A DNA stretch of 64,000 nt from a virus (taxonomy: Duplodnaviria > Caudoviricetes). The DNA lies in IMG/VR virus record IMGVR_UViG_3300031953_000004, positions 18,433 through 82,432 of that record, one strand, 5' to 3'. The translations under genes were made by a program, and so were the position numbers. The stretch's first letter is position 1. The number at the start of each line of letters is the position of its first letter. The notes beneath the pieces were generated by a model. That model saw nothing but the letters and a program-made list of their open reading frames with translations. It ran no database searches and was not told the origin of the DNA. Of this stretch, positions 58,441 to 64,000 are shown piece by piece.

Positions 58441-58448
58441 CAAAGATA
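58441..58448 (-). promoter_or_regulatory. TAnnTTTG -7 element for the 216-aa gene
   Basis: TATCTTTG on the minus strand 31 nt upstream of ATG 58409. Confidence 0.5.
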
Positions 58449-58486
58449 TTAATATTTATTTAACTTTAATTATATCAATGCTAACA

Positions 58487-58516
58487 TTTGATTACCAGCA
58501 ACTTAGTGTATATTTG
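58487..58516 (+). promoter_or_regulatory. Bacteroidota sigma70 promoter, antisense to the early arm
   Basis: TTTG (58487-90), 18-nt spacer, TATATTTG (58509-16). Confidence 0.5.
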
Positions 58517-58618
58517 CCGTAATGAAGTCTACATTCTGGGGGAATTGTAGCAAAAAGAAAGAGGCACCAGGCGATGAAGGTAGTGCTATACCTAAGGCTG
58601 TTGCCTCTTTTTATTTGT

Positions 58619-58807
58619 TTAAGCATACCACTTTTCCACCTTTTCCCATTCTGCGGTTACATCCTCGAAGCCAAGGGTATTAAGTAGTTCTACAAGAATA
58701 AGATCAGCTGTTGCATGATCTGATTCTACATCACCATGTTCTACTTGACATTGCTTTAATTCAGAAATAAATTTCTGTTTTAGCTTTTTGATTTGTTTAG
58801 CATCCAT
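58619..58807 (-). CDS. Hypothetical protein
   Basis: 62 aa; HATADLILVELL. Confidence 0.6.
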   Translation of the reverse strand: MDAKQIKKLKQKFISELKQCQVEHGDVESDHATADLILVELLNTLGFEDVTAEWEKVEKWYA

Positions 58808-58809
58808 AA

Positions 58810-59175
58810 TTACTTCTTGTATTTACTGATTGTGTTCCCGATGGGCTTTGGCTGTGATTTCTTAACAGCACGCTGGTTCCGTATGTACGGAGCATATATC
58901 AGGGTATATCCTATCCCTGCCACTGTAAGTGCCGCGGTTATATTTAACCCGAGGTTTGCAGTAGCAATGATGGTTGCACCAAGTATGATTACATCTACGA
59001 CCTTGGAGGTTCTTTGTAGCATCCATTTCAATGGTGCTATGGATTCCACTACCACGACGAGTCCTAGTAGTGTGATAGCACCAAAGAAAGCGGCGACTTG
59101 TATAAAGCCGCCTACTATGAATGCTGCTACCATGATCAGGATGAACATAACAAGTCCTTGTTTGTGGGTCATCAT
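58810..59175 (-). CDS. Membrane protein (3-4 TM)
   Basis: Long hydrophobic segments, basic C-tail. Confidence 0.65.
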   Translation of the reverse strand: MMTHKQGLVMFILIMVAAFIVGGFIQVAAFFGAITLLGLVVVVESIAPLKWMLQRTSKVVDVIILGATIIATANLGLNITAALTVAGIGYTLIYAPYIRNQRAVKKSQPKPIGNTISKYKK

Positions 59176-59522
59176 GCTTCTGGGTTTACATCGTTAATAA
59201 TATCATCCTCGACAACTCCGATGATACGGTTGAACTGTTCAGCCATAGTATCGATCTGTTGCTTGATGAATTGTTGTTTCATCTCCGTGGCTTTGACACG
59301 AGCTTTTATAATCTCGGGTTTGCCTTCCCCGGTAAGGGGATGGAGGATGGATGCCTCGGTACGGGCTACACCATCTGCGATGGACTGCACGATGAAGTGC
59401 GTGTCGCCCAGTACAAAGCTGGTAGCTTTTACCGTGGCATTGGACAGTTTGTCTTTCAAGTTCCATTTCGCCTTAGCTTCTTTGAACTTGGGTTGGCCTG
59501 TTTTCTTGGTGAAGAATTTCAT
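59172..59522 (-). CDS. Hypothetical protein
   Basis: 116 aa, coupled to the downstream gene. Confidence 0.6.
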   Translation of the reverse strand: MKFFTKKTGQPKFKEAKAKWNLKDKLSNATVKATSFVLGDTHFIVQSIADGVARTEASILHPLTGEGKPEIIKARVKATEMKQQFIKQQIDTMAEQFNRIIGVVEDDIINDVNPEA

Positions 59523-59600
59523 AATGTTAATTATTAAAGATTAATATTAAATGATACCATTGCCTTGTATGTATGCATTGGTAAGGTTTTATTTGATGTG

Positions 59601-59708
59601 TTACCTTTGGTAGAAATAGGACAAGTCCTGTGTGTACAGCATTGTAGTTACCAGTAAGAGTATTGTCACGATCACGAGGATGCGTGCAACTTTAGTTGAG
59701 GTTTTCAT
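59601..59708 (-). CDS. 35-aa membrane peptide (not in ORF track)
   Basis: MKTSTKVARILVIVTILLLVTTMLYTQDLSYFYQR. Confidence 0.45.
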   Translation of the reverse strand: MKTSTKVARILVIVTILLLVTTMLYTQDLSYFYQR

Positions 59709-59730
59709 CTTGTGGGGATTGATGGTTTAT

Positions 59731-60282
59731 TTATTCTGTTTCCTCTTCGTTGTATTTGACACCGTTTATAACGGATGCTTCCTTACGGTTTAGGATATCT
59801 GCCTCATCAGATATTGTATTGGCATCAAAGTTTCCATTGGCGATGTTGGTCAGGTAGTCCTCATACTTCTTGTCGGAATCCGATAGGGATGGTTTAGCTT
59901 TAGCTTCTTCTTTGGCATCTCCCTCGATGAGGTCTTTGATGTCTGCGATGATATCCATTAGCAAATGAATGTCCAGTGCCATATCCTGCGCATTGCACGA
60001 CAGGTAAATCTTACCCGTCTTAGAAATGGTGATCGTTGAGGTGGCTTCGCCCTTGATAGCAAGAACCTGACGTGCCTTGTTAATCAAGGGTAGGTACTTG
60101 TCCAGGTTGTCAAACAACTCGGTAGTATCTATGTCCTTGGTGAGCCTTGCTGGAATTACATCTTCAATAAAGGCTCGCAATGTATCAATGCTCTCCAACA
60201 CTTCGTTAGGATTGACAGCGATAGTAATCCCTGCGTAATTGAATGATACTTGTTGATTCGAGATGGAAGTTTGAATTTTCAT
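59731..60282 (-). CDS. Hypothetical acidic protein
   Basis: 183 aa. Confidence 0.65.
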   Translation of the reverse strand: MKIQTSISNQQVSFNYAGITIAVNPNEVLESIDTLRAFIEDVIPARLTKDIDTTELFDNLDKYLPLINKARQVLAIKGEATSTITISKTGKIYLSCNAQDMALDIHLLMDIIADIKDLIEGDAKEEAKAKPSLSDSDKKYEDYLTNIANGNFDANTISDEADILNRKEASVINGVKYNEEETE

Positions 60283-60361
60283 AATAATAATGGTGCTTAG
60301 AGTCCACGTGACTGTTGGTAACAGATTAGTGATTGTTCTGCCACTGGCTTAACAGCGGAAG

Positions 60362-60420
60362 GGCAAAAAAGAACGTTCCCACTTCCAGTATATATTTATA
60401 TGTCTGGGAGGGAGAACGTG
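60362..60420 (-). terminator. Long-stem terminator-like hairpin
   Basis: ACGTTC...GAACGT imperfect stem followed by TCTTTTTT on the minus strand. Confidence 0.5.
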
Positions 60421-60474
60421 CAAGAGAGGGGCTGTAATTGAATATGATTATTACAACCCTTATTCATACTTTAA

Positions 60475-60663
60475 CTATACAGATGAGAGCGCTTCCACTT
60501 CTTTGTAGTGGCAAGCGTGCTTCCACTTGTGGTATAACTCTGGGGTATTGACAAAGGCATTGCCCTTGTCCGTACCAGAGATACCGACAATGATAACATT
60601 GCCGGTCTTCATAGAGTCCATATAGACTTGGTATCGGTTGAAACCGTTAGAGATGATAACCAT
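60475..60663 (-). CDS. Hypothetical protein
   Basis: 62 aa. Confidence 0.55.
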   Translation of the reverse strand: MVIISNGFNRYQVYMDSMKTGNVIIVGISGTDKGNAFVNTPELYHKWKHACHYKEVEALSSV

Positions 60664-60665
60664 AG

Positions 60666-61217
60666 TTATTGTTTTTTAGTGTTTGTGTTACGGATAGGTC
60701 TCCATCTTCTGTACGTAGACTTGCTACGTTTGCTGTCGATCCATTCGTAGTAGGTAGAACCATCAGGGGCGGTACGTGGTACCTTCTGATTGTTCTCGAA
60801 TACGCACGCAAGGTAGAACTTTAGTTCACCAGTTGCTTTGTCCACCCATTGAATGGCTTGTATGGGATTGGCCTTGGTATCAGGGCTGAGGTTCAGCGAC
60901 TGATACGTGGTTCCCACGGCATACATACAATTGGGATGCATATTCTTGCGCAGGTTCCAGTTGAGCAACCTGCTTATTTTTACACCTCTGTGGAATACGG
61001 CCTTCTCTGGTTGACCAGGGAATTGAAAGCCGAACACGACATTGCATTCGTGGTGGGTGACCTTGTCCGTTGCTTGGTCTATGACCGCACGGACAGAGGT
61101 GATCTTGAAGCGGATTTTCATGCTCGCTTCTGTTTGTGATTTAGGCATTGCTGCCATTTGAGCGTTAGTGATTACATCATTAAGCGCGATTACCGGAGTT
61201 GAAACTGTAGTTTCCAT
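60666..61217 (-). CDS. Hypothetical early protein
   Basis: Probable start METTVSTPV at 61217; basic C-terminus. Confidence 0.65.
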   Translation of the reverse strand: METTVSTPVIALNDVITNAQMAAMPKSQTEASMKIRFKITSVRAVIDQATDKVTHHECNVVFGFQFPGQPEKAVFHRGVKISRLLNWNLRKNMHPNCMYAVGTTYQSLNLSPDTKANPIQAIQWVDKATGELKFYLACVFENNQKVPRTAPDGSTYYEWIDSKRSKSTYRRWRPIRNTNTKKQ

Positions 61218-61283
61218 AGGTATTGAATTGTGGCTATCCCACTGCGTTAGCATTGTTGTGCGGAATAACCGGATTAATAAATA

Positions 61284-61310
61284 AAAAGGTATCAAATCTT
61301 GATACCTTTT
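61284..61310. promoter_or_regulatory. Perfect palindrome (operator-like) overlapping the -33 element of the wHTH gene promoter
   Basis: AAAAGGTATCAA-ATC-TTGATACCTTTT; TTG (61299-301), 21-nt spacer, TATGTTTG (61323-30). Confidence 0.7.
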
Positions 61311-61361
61311 ATAAAATGTTCGTATGTTTGTGCCATTGGACATTTAAAAACATTCTTGAAT

Positions 61362-61772
61362 ATGACCCGTAATGACATGATCAAACAAGTATTATTTAAC
61401 GAGAAACAACAAAGAGGTATTAAAGTCAGTATATATTTATCTGATTTTATAACCCTTAGTAAGTTATCTTCTAAAGCTGCTGAGGTATTGGAACGAATGA
61501 TCAAGCTTACGCCACGTACTGTGGTCGATGCTACTGATTACTTCGTTGAATATAGTTATAAGGATTTTGAGTTTATAGCAAAGCCTAACTTTTACAGAGC
61601 TCGAAAAGAGCTTGAAGATAGTGGCTTCATTGTATTGCACGGCAAAGCTTTTTATGTTAGACACGATATGGTGAACCATACACGATTCAAACAATACCAG
61701 CTATTGATGAAGAATTTTGCTGTTGGTCCGGATTATGGCAATAACGTGCCTAATCCTTTCAAGAGGAAATAA
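61362..61772 (+). CDS. Winged-helix DNA-binding protein (RepL/replication-protein-like), divergent from the early arm
   Basis: LSSKAAEVLERMI..VEYSYKDF..KPNFYRARKELEDSGFI..FYVRH; has its own promoter and terminator. Confidence 0.7.
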   Translation: MTRNDMIKQVLFNEKQQRGIKVSIYLSDFITLSKLSSKAAEVLERMIKLTPRTVVDATDYFVEYSYKDFEFIAKPNFYRARKELEDSGFIVLHGKAFYVRHDMVNHTRFKQYQLLMKNFAVGPDYGNNVPNPFKRK

Positions 61773-61896
61773 TGCAAGGTTTTGCATATTATCCATAAAT
61801 AGTAGTACATTTGTTTTGAGAGATATGTGAGGTAAACCATTAGTGGGTCACACGAATGTCCAATTCCAAACTAAGCTGCGCATATTAATCTCAGAG

Positions 61897-61923
61897 AGCC
61901 TTGGCATTATGCCAGGGCTTTTC
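61897..61923 (+). terminator. Terminator-like hairpin after the wHTH gene
   Basis: AGCCTTGGCA-TTA-TGCCAGGGCT followed by TTTC. Confidence 0.55.
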
Positions 61924-62278
61924 TGTATACTTCCACCGCAGTCTTGTACTGCTTGTAGAAGTATTTCTTCCTGGTTTCCAGGTCGAGGTAACGGTCACTC
62001 ATAGGCCCGTAAGCGGTCCATAGCGTTTCCTTCAATTCATTGCCAAAGGCAAGGTGTCCGGAGATAGCTCCCCAGACACACGAGTTGGTAAGGTATTTAG
62101 CATTGGTGCTCTTAATGGCCGTATTGTCAAGGACAAAGCCATCACCCCGAATGATATGACGTTCTCTATGAACGCATTTAGGAGTAGTGCCACGCTTGCG
62201 CTTAGGCATTGTAAGAACGTGTACGATACGTTCACTGTCCATTTGAGGCATTGCCTCCTGAAGTCTTAAAGCTTCCAT
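61907..62278 (-). CDS. Basic hypothetical protein
   Basis: 123 aa. Confidence 0.6.
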   Translation of the reverse strand: MEALRLQEAMPQMDSERIVHVLTMPKRKRGTTPKCVHRERHIIRGDGFVLDNTAIKSTNAKYLTNSCVWGAISGHLAFGNELKETLWTAYGPMSDRYLDLETRKKYFYKQYKTAVEVYRKALA

Positions 62279-62280
62279 AG

Positions 62281-62469
62281 TTATGAGTTTAATTGGTTAA
62301 TAATACAGTGCTGGTTCCACATAGATTGTATGTTGCTCATACGCTCTTCGTGGTTCGCAGCTTGTTTGGTAAGAGTCTTACCTAGTGCAGTACGCATCTC
62401 GTTCATACGTCGATACATACTGTTCCGAACTGGTAGTCCGGTTTTACGGTCAATACGTGGTCTTGCCAT
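62281..62469 (-). CDS. Small basic protein
   Basis: MARPRIDRKTG... Confidence 0.55.
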   Translation of the reverse strand: MARPRIDRKTGLPVRNSMYRRMNEMRTALGKTLTKQAANHEERMSNIQSMWNQHCIINQLNS

Positions 62470-62481
62470 AATAGTCAATCC

Positions 62482-62595
62482 CTAACCTTGGGCTTCAAGG
62501 GTGTTATCTTTAGAAGCTTGCAGCATCAGCGATGCGTTAGTAGCTATGCATACCTCACAGTATGTTACGCTCATTCGAGCCATAGCCTTTTCCAT
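62482..62595 (-). CDS. 37-aa peptide (not in ORF track)
   Basis: MEKAMARMSVTYCEVCIATNASLMLQASKDNTLEAQG with the TTAAAGT-ATG start context seen at other early genes. Confidence 0.35.
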   Translation of the reverse strand: MEKAMARMSVTYCEVCIATNASLMLQASKDNTLEAQG

Positions 62596-63043
62596 ACTTT
62601 AATTTTTCTATACCCCGCAGTATGCTACACAGTATGTACAGCATTAGCCAGATATAGAATAACAAACAGCTCGTGTGTTGCTCGACCCCTAAAGGGAGAG
62701 CATAAACACATCTTTAAACATCTAGTTGAAATCAACTTAAATGATGCCGAATGCACAGCAACAGTACAACAAACAGCATAGCAGTATGTTTAATATCGTG
62801 CTGGAAACACCAGTCTGTACAGAGTTATCCCACAAGACCCACAGTATGTACAACAGTACATAACAATAGGTAGCCTTAAGACCCACAGATAGCACACCAA
62901 TCAGTACCACAGATAGTGGTAGATGTTTGCCATCTGTAACCACAGAATAGGCAGCAGTAAGCAGTAGCAATAGGTAGCAGTAGTACATGTGGCCTTCAAA
63001 AAACGTGTTTTTGAGGGTTTACGGGGGCTGCGCTCCGATTTGG

Positions 63044-63117
63044 GGTATCAAGACTTGATACCTTTTGAAACGAAGATACTGGGCTGCCAGCTGGTTGGGG
63101 TATCAAGATTTGATACC
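63044..63117. repeat. Two further copies of the GGTATCAA-N3-TTGATACC palindrome
   Basis: 63044-63062 (spacer GAC) and 63099-63117 (spacer GAT). Confidence 0.9.
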
Positions 63118-63123
63118 TTTTGC

Positions 63124-63206
63124 CAACGTAAACACTGGGGTTCCCAGAGGGTTTTCGGTCAAATTTTAACATTTGAGCAACGTAAACACTGGGGTTCCCA
63201 GAGGGT
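63124..63206. repeat. Exact 29-bp direct repeat x2 with internal hairpin
   Basis: CAACGTAAACACTGGGGTTCCCAGAGGGT at 63124-63152 and 63178-63206; CTGGG-GTT-CCCAG stem-loop. Confidence 0.9.
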
Positions 63207-63231
63207 GTTGTTGGACATTTGGAGGCTGTTT

Positions 63232-63510
63232 TCATACTTTAACAGCGGATGATTTAGCTGTTGGGTAGAAGACCGAATCGTTGTTCGGATGCTTCTTGAA
63301 GATGTAGTCCTTTCGGATGTATTTGAGGGCTGCCTTGGTTGCCACCTCATCGCCAGAATGCTCGTGGGTACGAAACATTTGGCTGAAGTGGAATTCAGCG
63401 GCTGTGCCTTTGACAAGCTTGATGTCACGTCGCTTGGTACCTTCGTAGAAGGAGATCGTGATGTTCCCGTTCTTGTTGAACGTGGTGCGGAAGGAGTGGA
63501 TAGCTGCCAT
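63232..63510 (-). CDS. Hypothetical early protein
   Basis: 92 aa. Confidence 0.6.
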   Translation of the reverse strand: MAAIHSFRTTFNKNGNITISFYEGTKRRDIKLVKGTAAEFHFSQMFRTHEHSGDEVATKAALKYIRKDYIFKKHPNNDSVFYPTAKSSAVKV

Positions 63511-63513
63511 AAT

Positions 63514-63882
63514 TTAGTCGTTGAGGTTAAATTCAGGAGCGATCACATCTGCATCCGCAGTGGAGTAGTGGCTGTAAGCCAGGTAGCCGGCGAGACCGCC
63601 AGCAAGGGAGCCTGCAACAACAGCAGTCCAGAAGGCCTGAGCAGTAGTAATGGCTGCGCCAGGTGTGGCAACGCCGTTGACAACAACGGCTGAGGCGGCA
63701 CCGACGGTGCCGAAGTACGTGGCTGCTGCAACAGCAGAGCCAGCGATGATAGCAAGGGCCAGCGCCTTCTGCGCCGGCGTGAGTGATGACCACCAAGATT
63801 TAGCTTGTTGGACATTTTGAGAAGCATTAAGCTTCGCGATCTGTGCAGCGATAGCTGCTTTGGTTTCAATAGTTCCCATCAT
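63514..63882 (-). CDS. Ala/Gly-rich two-TM membrane protein
   Basis: Start MMGTIETK; ALALAIIAGSAVAAATYFG and AVVAGSLAGGLAGYLAY. Confidence 0.65.
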   Translation of the reverse strand: MMGTIETKAAIAAQIAKLNASQNVQQAKSWWSSLTPAQKALALAIIAGSAVAAATYFGTVGAASAVVVNGVATPGAAITTAQAFWTAVVAGSLAGGLAGYLAYSHYSTADADVIAPEFNLND

Positions 63883-64000
63883 GTATATGTTTAAGGGATT
63901 GCAAGGACAGTCCAAGACGGACTCTCTTTTTTCATACTTTAAATTAGATGGGGGGTACCCCAAACTTTGATTAAAGGTTGGGGGTTTTTTACTATTAGCC

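Noticed and set aside
62488-62781. 97-aa plus-strand ORF
   Set aside because: TTG start, lies in the repeat tract, no coding-like composition
63124-63206. Mini-CRISPR array
   Set aside because: Only two repeats with a 25-nt spacer, no cas genes and no resemblance to the GTT...AAC-type repeat ends I know; kept as a regulatory repeat
63543-63869. 108-aa alternative-frame ORF
   Set aside because: Overlaps the better-formed Ala/Gly membrane protein on the same strand
1-64000. Stop-codon reassignment as in some crAss-like phages
   Set aside because: Very long ORFs are intact under code 11, and TAG, TGA and TAA all end genes at coupled junctions
1-64000. Integrated prophage with host flanks
   Set aside because: No integrase, att-like junction or host housekeeping genes in the window

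Overview
64 kb of a lytic-looking, crAss-like (Crassvirales-type) phage of a Bacteroidota/Flavobacteriia host, in two converging arms that meet at a bidirectional terminator (~34.9 kb). The + arm (1-34844) carries tail-fibre/receptor-binding modules, an AT-rich membrane/secreted cassette with an astacin lipoprotein, a lysis block (holin, GH19 endolysin, candidate u-spanin), a 1555-aa tail stabilisation/muzzle-like protein and the ejected-protein locus. That locus holds a Gly-rich pilot, a 1210-aa double lysozyme-fold protein, a zincin, a 699-aa protein and a 3954-aa two-barrel (DFDGD) virion RNA polymerase with an internal HExxH zincin. The - arm (35050-63882) carries early/replication genes: 5'-3' exonuclease, Dda-like helicase, SSB-like protein, two HU-like proteins, DnaB, clamp-like protein, PcfJ/PcfK(AcrIIA9-like), an SF2 helicase-N6-MTase fusion and many small ORFs. 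One divergent + strand wHTH gene has a promoter overlapped by a palindrome that recurs twice 1.7 kb away. No DNA polymerase, primase, terminase, capsid, integrase or tRNA is recognisable in the window. All functional calls come from motif recognition by eye; no searches were run.
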